This document shows, one piece after another, positions 8,585 to 17,170 of a stretch of 32,000 bases of DNA. Position 1 is the stretch's first letter. Each line of letters starts with the position of its first letter. The stretch is from Alkanindiges sp. WGS2144 (lineage in GTDB: Bacteria > Pseudomonadota > Gammaproteobacteria > Pseudomonadales > Moraxellaceae). The position numbers and the translations under genes are program-made. The notes below the pieces were generated by a model. That model searched no databases. It saw nothing but the letters and a program-made list of their open reading frames with translations, and was not told the DNA's origin. Where the stretch lies: the NCBI RefSeq assembly GCF_043950625.1, contig NZ_CP171007.1; one strand, given 5' to 3'.

Positions 8585-10090
8585 CTAGCCTTCACCGGTC
8601 AGCTTGCTTTTAAGTTTACTTAAGGTGCTGTTTTCTGTTTTTGCAGTATTATCTGTTGTGGCATGCAAAGGCAAGCCAACACTCACCTCCAGTCCACCAT
8701 CGGGATGATTACGGGCATTGACATAACCACCATGCAGTTCGGCAATCCGCTTTACAATCGCCAGCCCTAAACCGCTACCCTGAGTGGTGCGGGCACTATT
8801 ACCCCGAATAAACGGTTGCATGAGTGATTCAATCTCATCCTGATTTACGCCATCGCCGCTGTCCCGCACCGTAATAATAATATAAGCACCCAGCAGGCTG
8901 GCTGATAAATAAACCGGCTCGGCGCCATAACGCTTGGCATTACTCACCAGATTGCCAATCATGCGCTTAATCGACAGACTACGCACCTGAATGCTGGGCA
9001 GCAACTGTGGCTGATAAATAATATGTAGCGGCTTAAACTGGATAATAATTTCCTGCATCAGCGCATTAATGTCGGTTGCCTGTTCTTTTTCATCGGAGCC
9101 ATCCCGCATGTAGGAAATAAACTGCCCCAAAATGGCATCCATATCATCCACATCGTAAATTAGCCCCTGCTGCAAGTCTTCATCCGGCATCAGTTCGGCA
9201 GTGAGCCGAATACGGGTGAGCGGCGTGCGCAAATCATGGGAAATACCCGCCAGCATAATGGTGCGTTCCTGCGCTGCCTGCTGTAAAGTACTAATCATAT
9301 GATTAAATGCCGCATTGACCTGACGGATTTCAATTGGGCCGTGGTTAGTTTCCAGATAAGGTGCCTTGCCGGTCTGGGTAAATTCCCGTGCCGCATTTTG
9401 CAGCCGACGCAATGGCCGGTTGAGCTGACGCACCAGCGTTAAAATAATAATGGCAGTTAATAAAGGAATGCCCAGTAGCCAGGCCAGAATAAGCTCCGAG
9501 CTATATTCAGCATAAAAATCCAGTGGTTCCCGGATCCAGGCTTTACCCAGTGATGGATAATGAATCCACAACTGCGGTGTGGGCTTAAACTCAAAATATA
9601 CCGTCACCGGTTCATTGAGTTCACGGGTCAGTTCTTTTTCCAGCCGGCCAGTAAAAAATTCGGCCACCACTTTTTCCCGTGGCGTGGGGAACAGGGCGGG
9701 GTCACGGATAATTTGCACACCAACCCGCTGTTCCAGCCAGTCATGCAGGTCAAAAGAAAAAGGGTCTTCGCTAACCTGTAGATCAGTTTGTTCCAGTAAA
9801 TCCAGCTCAATGGCCAGATAGCGGGCATGCTGGAGAATCTCTGGCAGGTATAGGGTGCGCCAGAAAAAAGCCAGTGACATCACCAGACTAAAAAACACAA
9901 CAATGGACACCAGCACTGTGGTACGCATGGCGGTAGAGCGTGGCTTGATTTTATCTAAAAATGATTCCCAGGCTGTGCGTTCACGTGGACGATAAGGCGC
10001 TTCCAGCTCTGTAGGCACTGGTATTGAGCCAGACGCATTTTTTGCTTGTCCGGTGTTTGCAGAGTTGGTATTGGTGGATTTGGGTGGCAA
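8585..10090 (-). CDS. envZ: Osmosensor-type histidine kinase EnvZ
   Basis: H-box SHDLRTPLTRIRL, G-box GSGLGLAIV, and a HAMP-like RPLRRLQNAAREF segment; collinear with E. coli EnvZ. A TTG start at 10090 has AGGA 8 nt upstream, giving about 54 aa before the first TM helix. The start is uncertain; the alternative is ATG 9928. Confidence 0.85.
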   Translation of the reverse strand: MPPKSTNTNSANTGQAKNASGSIPVPTELEAPYRPRERTAWESFLDKIKPRSTAMRTTVLVSIVVFFSLVMSLAFFWRTLYLPEILQHARYLAIELDLLEQTDLQVSEDPFSFDLHDWLEQRVGVQIIRDPALFPTPREKVVAEFFTGRLEKELTRELNEPVTVYFEFKPTPQLWIHYPSLGKAWIREPLDFYAEYSSELILAWLLGIPLLTAIIILTLVRQLNRPLRRLQNAAREFTQTGKAPYLETNHGPIEIRQVNAAFNHMISTLQQAAQERTIMLAGISHDLRTPLTRIRLTAELMPDEDLQQGLIYDVDDMDAILGQFISYMRDGSDEKEQATDINALMQEIIIQFKPLHIIYQPQLLPSIQVRSLSIKRMIGNLVSNAKRYGAEPVYLSASLLGAYIIITVRDSGDGVNQDEIESLMQPFIRGNSARTTQGSGLGLAIVKRIAELHGGYVNARNHPDGGLEVSVGLPLHATTDNTAKTENSTLSKLKSKLTGEG

Positions 10091-10214
10091 GCTGGCTATC
10101 CTGTCTTGTTTTGCGGCTTATATGGATTGTAGTTCAAGGTATCCATTGAGTGTGCGTTCTATTTGAGGAGCAGTGCCGTGGCATCATCATTGATTTTTTC
10201 AGCATATCAGTAAA

Positions 10215-10244
10215 AAGCTGGATCAAACTTGCTTAATCCAGCTT
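10215..10244 (-). terminator. Hairpin between ompR and envZ, a possible weak terminator or attenuator
   Basis: A 9-bp perfect stem, AAGCTGGAT/ATCCAGCTT, with a 12-nt loop. On the minus strand it is followed by TTTTACTG. It begins 13 nt after the ompR stop. Confidence 0.3.
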
Positions 10245-10256
10245 GACCAAGATTTT

Positions 10257-11018
10257 TTATTCGGCACCGTCCGGCACAAACACATAACCTACGCCCCACA
10301 CCGTCTGGATATAACGGGCACGTGCCGGATTTTCCTCAATCAGGCGGCGCAAGCGCGATACCTGCACATCAATGGAGCGTTCCATGGCACCCCATTCACG
10401 ACCACGCGCCAGATTCATCAGCTTGTCACGGGTCAAGGGTTCGCGCGGATGCTGTACCAGTGCTTTTAGTACTGCAAACTCGCCAGTCGTTAATGTGACC
10501 ACCTGACCTTCACGGGTCAGGGTACGGGTAGACAAATCCAGTGACCACGGGCCAAAACTCACGACTTCAACCTGCTGGCTGGGCGCACCGGGTATTTCAC
10601 GAACCTGACGGCGCAGTACTGCCCGGATACGCGCCAGTAATTCATTGGGATTAAACGGCTTGGGCAAATAATCGTCGGCGCCGGCCTCAAGTCCTGCAAT
10701 CCGGTCACTGTCACTGCCACGCGCGGTGAGCATAATGATAGGGGTATCGATATTACTCTGGCGCAGGCGGCGGCAGATGCTAATACCGTCTTCAACCGGC
10801 AGCATGAAATCCAGTACAATCAATGAAAACAGTTCACGCTGTAACAGGCGATCCATTTGCGTGCCATCATGAGCAGTCTTGACCACAAAGCCTTTATCTT
10901 CAAGGAAGCGCTGCAACAGTGTCCGCAAGCGAACGTCATCATCCACGACTAAAATTCGTTCCACTCGGTCTGCTTCAGGGCGTAACGTTTGCTCTTCGGC
11001 AGGCACAACGAGACTCAT
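10257..11018 (-). CDS. ompR: Response regulator OmpR (receiver plus winged-helix domains)
   Basis: ILVVDDD, LIVLDFMLP, TARG, and the C-terminal IQTVWGVGYVF. ATG 11018 has AGGAG about 7 nt upstream. The longer track ORF running to 11117 adds a non-homologous extension. Confidence 0.9.
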   Translation of the reverse strand: MSLVVPAEEQTLRPEADRVERILVVDDDVRLRTLLQRFLEDKGFVVKTAHDGTQMDRLLQRELFSLIVLDFMLPVEDGISICRRLRQSNIDTPIIMLTARGSDSDRIAGLEAGADDYLPKPFNPNELLARIRAVLRRQVREIPGAPSQQVEVVSFGPWSLDLSTRTLTREGQVVTLTTGEFAVLKALVQHPREPLTRDKLMNLARGREWGAMERSIDVQVSRLRRLIEENPARARYIQTVWGVGYVFVPDGAE

Positions 11019-11316
11019 GATCGACTCCTTTTGGGATCTTAAACTGACAGATCCGGCAAATTTTTTAAGAATGCTAATTAATAAGTTACATTTAGGGCAA
11101 GATGAGGAAAAATTCAAATAGATTCAAGCAATAGATACCAAATATATACAGGTTAATTGATAAGTGAATCGTATTTTTTGCTTTTGGGCAGTCAGCGTTC
11201 ACAATGCCGGCTTTTCATGGATGAATTGGTTGGCAACCAGCCGGTGGCTACTAAGCAAGCCAAAACATTTGTTCAAATGGCATGAAAAACCATATTCTTT
11301 TGTCTGTCATAGCACG

Positions 11317-11322
11317 TATAAT
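11317..11322 (+). promoter_or_regulatory. Candidate -10 box (TATAAT) for tex
   Basis: A perfect TATAAT lies 33 nt upstream of the tex ATG. Only a weak -35 (TTCTTT/ATTCTT) sits at 16-17 nt spacing. Confidence 0.3.
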
Positions 11323-11354
11323 CGCCACTTTCATTTTTGTCGTGGAAATGCTGT

Positions 11355-13730
11355 ATGACTGAGTTGGTTCAACAATTGGCAAGCGAGCTGGCAGTTCGTC
11401 CCGCCCAAATTGAAGCGACCATTCGCTTGCTGGATGACGGCGCAAGTGTTCCTTTTATTGCCCGCTATCGTAAAGAGGTGACAGAAGGCCTGGACGACAC
11501 GCAGCTGCGTCAGCTGGAAGCCCGCCTGATCTATTTACGCGACTTGAATGAACGCCGTCAAAAAGTCATTGATTCCATTAACAGCCAGGGAAAAATGACT
11601 GATGAACTGCTGACACGCTTAAACAGTGCTGACAGTAAAACAGCACTGGAAGATTTATATTTGCCTTATCGCCCCAAGCGCACCAGCAAAGCGGCGCTGG
11701 CACGCGAAGCGGGACTTGAGCCTTATGCCTTAAAAATCTGGCAGGAAGAGATTGATCCGCAGGCCGCACTGGCTGATTTTCAGGCACCTGAACCCGCAGA
11801 AGGTGAAGAGCAGCGTTACGCTGATGTTGCCAGCCAGCTGGAAGGTATTTCGCATATTCTGGTTGATATCTGGGCCACTCGCCTTGAACTGACCGAACAA
11901 TTAAAACAGGGTTTTGCGGCGACCGCACAACTACTAAGCCGTCTGGCTACAGAAGAAAAGCGCGAAGTCGGTAAAAAATTCCGCGACTATTTTGAGTCAA
12001 GTGAACCACTGCACAAAGTACCTAATCACCGTTTGCTGGCCATGTTGCGTGGTCGGCAGGAAAATGTATTAACCTTAAAAGTAGAGGGTGAAGACGCCCC
12101 GCGTTTAAGCGAGATTTTTGCTGATCTGGGTCTGGATGATATCCAGCCTGATAGCCGCCAGCAGTTTTTAAAGCAAACCGCCGAGCTATTGTGGCTGGGT
12201 AAATTGCGTCCGCATTTTGAGCATTCATTGCTCACCGAAAAGCGTCTGGCTGCCGAAGCGGATGCCATGCAGGTGTTTGCTGAAAACCTGCGTCATTTAT
12301 TGTTGTCTGCACCAGCTGGAGGTCGCTGTACGCTGGGCGTTGATCCGGGTATACGTACCGGGGTTAAACTGGCAGTAGTGAATCAGGCTGGTGATGTACT
12401 GGCACACAGTACCATTTATCCGTTTGCTCCCAAAAATGATGTAGAAGGTTCACTAGCAGAGCTGGAACGCCTGTGTCGTGAGTATCAGGTTGATCTGGTC
12501 GCCATTGGCAATGGCACCGCAAGCCGTGAAACCGAAAACCTGATTGGCGATCTGGTCAAAAAACACCCGGATTTAAGCCTGACCCGGGTAACGGTAAATG
12601 AAGCAGGTGCTTCGGTGTATTCTGCCAGTGAAATTGCTGCGCAGGAGTTAGCTGAGCTGGATGTCAGCATTCGCGGTGCGGTGTCCATTGCACGTCGCTT
12701 GCAGGATCCACTGGCTGAGCTGGTCAAAATCGATCCAAAATCCATTGGGGTGGGGCAGTACCAGCACGATGTCAACCAGACAGGTCTGGCTCGTACGCTG
12801 GATGCCGTGGTCGAAGACTGCGTGAACGCAGTGGGTGTGGATGTGAATACGGCATCGCCTGCCCTGTTGTCGCGTATTGCTGGCCTGAACAAAAATATTG
12901 CCCAGCAAATTGCCGATTATCGCCGCGAGCATGGCGTGTTTAACAATCGTCAGCAGTTAAAGAAAGTACCGCGTCTGGGTGAGCGTACCTTTGAGCAGGC
13001 GGCTGGCTTTTTGCGTATTCAGCATGGTGAGCAGGCGCTTGATGCCTCTGCTGTACACCCGGAAAGCTATCCGCTGGTTGAAAAAATTCTGGCAAAACTG
13101 GATAAAAGTCTGGATCAGGTATTGGGTAAAGCCGACGCACTGTCCGGCCTTGACCCGCAGGAACTGGTTGATGAGCAGTATGGTTTGCCAACGGTACAGG
13201 ATGTTTTAAAAGAATTGTCCATGCCGGGCCGTGATCCACGCCCGGAGTTTCGTACGGCCAAATTCCGTGACGATATTCAAAGCATGGAAGATTTGACCGA
13301 CAATCTGGTGCTGGAAGGTGTGGTAACCAACGTGACCAACTTCGGTGCTTTTGTGGATGTGGGTGTGCATCAGGATGGCCTGGTGCATGTATCCGAATTG
13401 TCGGGCGGTTTTGTGAATGACCCGCATCAGGTGGTGAAGCCGGGGCAAATTGTGCAGGTACGGGTGATGAGTGTGGATGCCGAGCGCAAACGCATTAGCT
13501 TGAGTATGCGCCTGAATCCGGCAGAAAAACCAGCACGTGGTGAGCGCTCATTGACGAATGAGCAACGTAAGCAAGCCAAGCCTGCCCAGAGAAAATCTGC
13601 TGAGCGACCAGCCAGGCGTCAGGATAAGTCTTTTGATAAACCTAAAGAGCGTACGGCCAAACCGGTTGAAGCAAAAATTGGTGGTCTGGGTGAATTGCTG
13701 CTTCAGGCTGGTCTAAAAAAATCTGGCTAA
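11355..13730 (+). CDS. tex: Transcription accessory protein Tex (S1 domain RNA-binding protein)
   Basis: VPFIARYRKE N-terminal signature, a YqgF/RuvC-like central region (LGVDPGIRTGVKLAVV), HhH repeats, a C-terminal S1 domain (GVVTNVTNFGAFVDVG) and a basic tail. I prefer ATG 11355 to the upstream TTG at 11337. Confidence 0.9.
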   Translation: MTELVQQLASELAVRPAQIEATIRLLDDGASVPFIARYRKEVTEGLDDTQLRQLEARLIYLRDLNERRQKVIDSINSQGKMTDELLTRLNSADSKTALEDLYLPYRPKRTSKAALAREAGLEPYALKIWQEEIDPQAALADFQAPEPAEGEEQRYADVASQLEGISHILVDIWATRLELTEQLKQGFAATAQLLSRLATEEKREVGKKFRDYFESSEPLHKVPNHRLLAMLRGRQENVLTLKVEGEDAPRLSEIFADLGLDDIQPDSRQQFLKQTAELLWLGKLRPHFEHSLLTEKRLAAEADAMQVFAENLRHLLLSAPAGGRCTLGVDPGIRTGVKLAVVNQAGDVLAHSTIYPFAPKNDVEGSLAELERLCREYQVDLVAIGNGTASRETENLIGDLVKKHPDLSLTRVTVNEAGASVYSASEIAAQELAELDVSIRGAVSIARRLQDPLAELVKIDPKSIGVGQYQHDVNQTGLARTLDAVVEDCVNAVGVDVNTASPALLSRIAGLNKNIAQQIADYRREHGVFNNRQQLKKVPRLGERTFEQAAGFLRIQHGEQALDASAVHPESYPLVEKILAKLDKSLDQVLGKADALSGLDPQELVDEQYGLPTVQDVLKELSMPGRDPRPEFRTAKFRDDIQSMEDLTDNLVLEGVVTNVTNFGAFVDVGVHQDGLVHVSELSGGFVNDPHQVVKPGQIVQVRVMSVDAERKRISLSMRLNPAEKPARGERSLTNEQRKQAKPAQRKSAERPARRQDKSFDKPKERTAKPVEAKIGGLGELLLQAGLKKSG

Positions 13731-13766
13731 ACATGATAGAGAAACAAGTTTGAGAAGCCAGCAAAG

Positions 13767-13803
13767 GCGCAAATAGAATACAGTTTCTATTTGCGCTTTT
13801 TTT
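13767..13803 (+). terminator. Rho-independent terminator of tex
   Basis: A 12-bp perfect stem, GCGCAAATAGAA/TTCTATTTGCGC, with a 6-nt loop, followed by T7. It sits between the convergent tex and SDR genes. Confidence 0.85.
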
Positions 13804-13824
13804 ATTTACCCAAAAAGCAGCTTA

Positions 13825-14655
13825 TTAATCCAAAAACAAGTCTTTAGCCAGTTGCTTACTGTGTTCGGCAGAGCAGGCATAGCCACTTAAGTCGGTAATA
13901 CCGGCAAGCTTAAGTGCTTCTTCATCCAGCAAGCTTTGACCAGTAATTTGCCCACATGCGCCGCTGATAAGGCCATACACTGCATCAGCCATAATTTCTG
14001 GCTTGCGACTCATTTGCTGTGCCGCATCGTGACCAATATTTTCACTCACCGCGGCGGTATTGATAAGTGTAGCTGGCCACAAGGTATTACAAAAAATACC
14101 ATCAGCTTTTAATTCTTCAGCAAGCCCAAGCGTGAGCAGGGTCATGCCATATTTTGAGAGTGCATAGGGGCCATACATGCCTAGCCAGTGCGGTGCCAGA
14201 TTGACCGGTGGTGCAAAGCTGATGATATGCCCCTGACTGGACTGCTTTAAGTGAGGAATTGCTGCTTTTGCAGCAATAAAAGTAGCCCGGTGATTAATAG
14301 CCTGCATTAGATCATATTTTTTAACATCAGTATTCTGGATATTACCCAGATGAATCGCACCAGCGTTATTAATCAACACATCCAGCCCGGAAAAATGTGC
14401 CGCAGCCTGATCAATGGCTTCGCTGAGCTGTTGTTCATGACGTACATCAACCTGTAAGGGTAACACTTGAGCACCCAGCTGTCTGATTTCCTCGGCAACA
14501 CTATGGATGGAACCGCCCAGTTTGGGGTGTGGCTCAGCAGATTTGGCGGCCAGCACAATGTTGGCACCAGCCTCGGCACAGCGCAAGGCCACCGCACGTC
14601 CAATACCACGACTGCCGCCAGTGATAAATATTGTTTTATTCTCTAAAAGCTTCAT
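13825..14655 (-). CDS. Short-chain dehydrogenase/reductase, HSDL2-like
   Basis: TGGSRGIG cofactor motif, NNAG, and YALSK (YxxxK) catalytic motif. AGGA lies about 9 nt upstream of the ATG. Confidence 0.8.
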   Translation of the reverse strand: MKLLENKTIFITGGSRGIGRAVALRCAEAGANIVLAAKSAEPHPKLGGSIHSVAEEIRQLGAQVLPLQVDVRHEQQLSEAIDQAAAHFSGLDVLINNAGAIHLGNIQNTDVKKYDLMQAINHRATFIAAKAAIPHLKQSSQGHIISFAPPVNLAPHWLGMYGPYALSKYGMTLLTLGLAEELKADGIFCNTLWPATLINTAAVSENIGHDAAQQMSRKPEIMADAVYGLISGACGQITGQSLLDEEALKLAGITDLSGYACSAEHSKQLAKDLFLD

Positions 14656-14714
14656 ACATGCATCCTGTCTAATTTATGAATTGTATAACCCAAAAGCAGT
14701 GTAATAAAAATGGC

Positions 14715-15968
14715 CTAGCTGGCGATGTAGGCCGGATGCTGTTGATCAGGCTGGATAATCTTGTGGCCTTTTTTACCAAACTGGCGTTGATGCTCCAGTT
14801 GTGCTTGGCGCCCACGCTGCTGCTGAAGTTTTTGCAATAAAGGCAAATGGCGTTGCGGATGATAAGTCAGCAGGTTGGCAGGAATGAGCAGCAGGGGATA
14901 CCAGGGCAAGATGCGCTTTTCAACACCCAGTTGCTGCATTTTTTTCCTGCCCAGAAAATACTGGCTAATGCTTAAGCGTTTGTGGTAATCCCAGTAACGT
15001 TTAACAGCCTGCCAGGAATCATACTGTTTGGTGAGCGGCTCCTGTGACAAGGCATAACCCAGCGCCTTGCTGGTCCAGTCAGGTGGTGACTGGGTAAGCA
15101 TGGTATGGTATAGCAAAATGTGTCCGTCCAGCTCACTATCCACCAGCCAGCGCTCATCCACACCCATGAGCCAGCCCAGATATTTCCAGAAATGCATTAC
15201 CGCGCTGGCCTCGTGCGGGGCAGGGAAAATACCAATTGCTCTCAAGCCCAGCAAAAACAGGCTACAAAAGGCCAGGTTAGTGGCTGCCATATCAATCTGG
15301 CAAATCGGTAAGCCCCATTGTTCAGAGCGCCAGTCCTGTTTACGCTGTAAATTGCGGCGTACCAGCGCATGAATCATCCGCACATGAATCGTACTTTTAA
15401 AGCCAGTATTAAAGCGCGCTAAGCCATTTTTTTCCGTACAGTCCATCCACCATTTGCTGGTTTCTGCCAGCCGTTGTGAGGCATTTTTATCCAGCGCACC
15501 CGTCAGTACCAGCGCCTGATTAAAACCAGACAGCAAGTAACCTCCCATTAATGCCATGTCTTTTAAAATATAATTGGCATTTAATCCCACCGATTGCATG
15601 AACTGACGCGCTACGTCAAGTTGATTGATATCTAGCCAATCTGGCTGCTGGTCAATCAAGGCAAACAATTCAACCAGTACTGGAGGAGCATCTGTCAGGT
15701 GGTCAATACCCTGCTGCAAAGCCTGCTCAAACATGGCTTTGCGTTGCTTGGAGTCTTTTTCACACAGCCACTCTACCACCTGATCCATTAAGGGATCACC
15801 CTGCCATAACCCATCAATCAACTCCTGATGGCGTGCCTGCGATGGAATAATTTCCTTACCGGTTAAGCGGGCAAGAGGCTTAAGCAGTATGGCGCTGGCC
15901 TGACGCTGCTTAAAAAGCTTGGCGCGTAACGGTACAGGGTTTTCCGCTGAATTGGTTAAAGTGGGCAT
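14715..15968 (-). CDS. DUF2236 / MpaB-Lcp-type oxygenase family protein
   Basis: The large ORF has the HVRMIHALVRRNL ... WG.PI.Q.D pattern I associate with DUF2236. The start is ambiguous: ATGs at 16025, 15986, 15983 and 15968, none with a strong RBS. Confidence 0.6.
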   Translation of the reverse strand: MPTLTNSAENPVPLRAKLFKQRQASAILLKPLARLTGKEIIPSQARHQELIDGLWQGDPLMDQVVEWLCEKDSKQRKAMFEQALQQGIDHLTDAPPVLVELFALIDQQPDWLDINQLDVARQFMQSVGLNANYILKDMALMGGYLLSGFNQALVLTGALDKNASQRLAETSKWWMDCTEKNGLARFNTGFKSTIHVRMIHALVRRNLQRKQDWRSEQWGLPICQIDMAATNLAFCSLFLLGLRAIGIFPAPHEASAVMHFWKYLGWLMGVDERWLVDSELDGHILLYHTMLTQSPPDWTSKALGYALSQEPLTKQYDSWQAVKRYWDYHKRLSISQYFLGRKKMQQLGVEKRILPWYPLLLIPANLLTYHPQRHLPLLQKLQQQRGRQAQLEHQRQFGKKGHKIIQPDQQHPAYIAS

Positions 15969-16101
15969 GACTATTTTTCTCATCATAAAAACTGGACTTA
16001 CTTTAATGCGAATATTTAGTCGCATTCAACTCGTGTTTTTAAAAATACTGATAAAAGCTAGAATGGATAAAAATAAGGCCGAAAAATCAATGGCATAAGA
16101 C

Positions 16102-16138
16102 AAAAAAGCTGTACCTGACGCAAACCAGATACAGCTTT
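16102..16138 (-). terminator. Rho-independent terminator of acr1
   Basis: On the minus strand, AAAGCTGTA-N16-TACAGCTTT is followed by TTTG. It lies 41 nt downstream of the acr1 stop. Confidence 0.6.
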
Positions 16139-16178
16139 AAAATAGCGATGATATGAATTTATTTATAAAGTTTTGTGA

Positions 16179-17087
16179 CTACCAGTGTTCACCGGGTACC
16201 AGGCGGGCAAAGGCACGCTGAGCCAGGTTCAATTTACCCTGTTTTTTCTCATTTCCTTTGCCAGCAGCTGCGGTTGAACTTGGAAATAGCTGATAGCCTA
16301 CCGACATAACAAAATCATTAAACTTGGGTACCAGCGCATAGCTGACCGCTGCAAAAGTACCTACTTTGGTGGCAATACTTTTCGGGCGCTGAATGATGGC
16401 TTTGGCAATCATATCCGAGGCTTGTTCAGGGGACAGGGTAGGCACATATTTATAGATTTTGGTTGGCGCGATCATGGGAGTACGTACCAGCGGCATATAA
16501 ATTGAGGTTAAATGAATATTATGGGCGCGTACTTCAGCAGATAGGCAGCGGCTAAAAGCGTCCAGCGCCGCCTTGGAGGCGACATAGGCTGAAAAACGGG
16601 TGGCATTGGCCAGTACGCCAATTGAGCTAATATTGATGATATGGCCATTTTTACGCTTTACCATATGTGGCAACACGCTCAAGATCAAACGTACGGCACC
16701 AAAATAGTTAAGTTGCATGGTACGCTCAAAATCATGAAAGCGATCCACTGACTCTTCTACGGCGCGGCGAATGGAACGACCAGCATTATTGACCAAAATG
16801 TCAATATGACCGACTTCTGCAAGAATCTGTTTAGCGCAATGATCAATAGAAGTCATGTCGTTCAGGTCGCAGGGAAAAACGGATGCCTTGCCACCCTCGG
16901 CTTCAATTTCTGCCTTAACTTCCTCAAGTTTTTCGCGGGTACGTGCCACCAATAATACATGCGCACCTGCTGCGGCAAGCTGTTTGGCAACAGTCAACCC
17001 AATACCGCTGGAGGCACCGGTAATCAAAGCAATTTTGTCCTTAACCGCTTTGGGTAGCATCTTTTGAATCTGGCTAGCCATTTTCAC
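16179..17087 (-). CDS. acr1: Fatty acyl-CoA reductase Acr1 (SDR family, wax-ester pathway)
   Basis: Near-collinear match to Acinetobacter baylyi Acr1 as I recall it (ALITGASSGIGLT, FHDFERTMQLNYFGAVRL, INISSIGVLANATRFSAYVASKAALDAFSRCLSAEV, YMPLVRTPMIAPTKIYKYVPTLSPE, C-terminal PGEHW). Confidence 0.9.
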   Translation of the reverse strand: MKMASQIQKMLPKAVKDKIALITGASSGIGLTVAKQLAAAGAHVLLVARTREKLEEVKAEIEAEGGKASVFPCDLNDMTSIDHCAKQILAEVGHIDILVNNAGRSIRRAVEESVDRFHDFERTMQLNYFGAVRLILSVLPHMVKRKNGHIINISSIGVLANATRFSAYVASKAALDAFSRCLSAEVRAHNIHLTSIYMPLVRTPMIAPTKIYKYVPTLSPEQASDMIAKAIIQRPKSIATKVGTFAAVSYALVPKFNDFVMSVGYQLFPSSTAAAGKGNEKKQGKLNLAQRAFARLVPGEHW

Positions 17088-17128
17088 TCTCTTTCAAAAA
17101 ATAAAAATAAAAAATCCCAGGCATTTAT

Positions 17129-17146
17129 TAGACCTCTTGCGAAAGT
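17129..17146 (+). repeat. IS left terminal inverted repeat
   Basis: TAGACCTCTTGCGAAAGT is the exact reverse complement of 17996-18013. Confidence 0.85.
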
Positions 17147-17170
17147 AAAAACTGCCTCAATATAGATTTC

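Noticed and set aside
8343-8588. 81-aa plus-strand ORF spanning the oxidoreductase start and the envZ-proximal spacer
   Set aside because: It overlaps the well-supported oxidoreductase N-terminus in antisense and has no RBS.
11085-11093. GTTACATTT resembling an OmpR-box half-site upstream of ompR (possible autoregulation)
   Set aside because: It is a single 9-mer in AT-rich DNA with no tandem second half-site at the expected ~10-bp spacing. That is too weak to call.
11019-11117. 33-codon N-terminal extension of ompR in the ORF track
   Set aside because: The extension (MNFSSSCPKCNLL...) is not OmpR-like. The internal ATG at 11018 has an AGGAG RBS and yields a protein aligned with the OmpR N-terminus.
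11164-11445. Two 64-aa ORFs (one on each strand) in the ompR-tex intergenic region
   Set aside because: They have no RBS and their start codons are non-ATG or poorly placed. They overlap the likely tex promoter (TATAAT at 11317) and the tex start.
12485-12892. 135-aa and neighbouring ORFs antisense to tex
   Set aside because: They sit inside a highly conserved tex reading frame, with low-complexity translations and no RBS.
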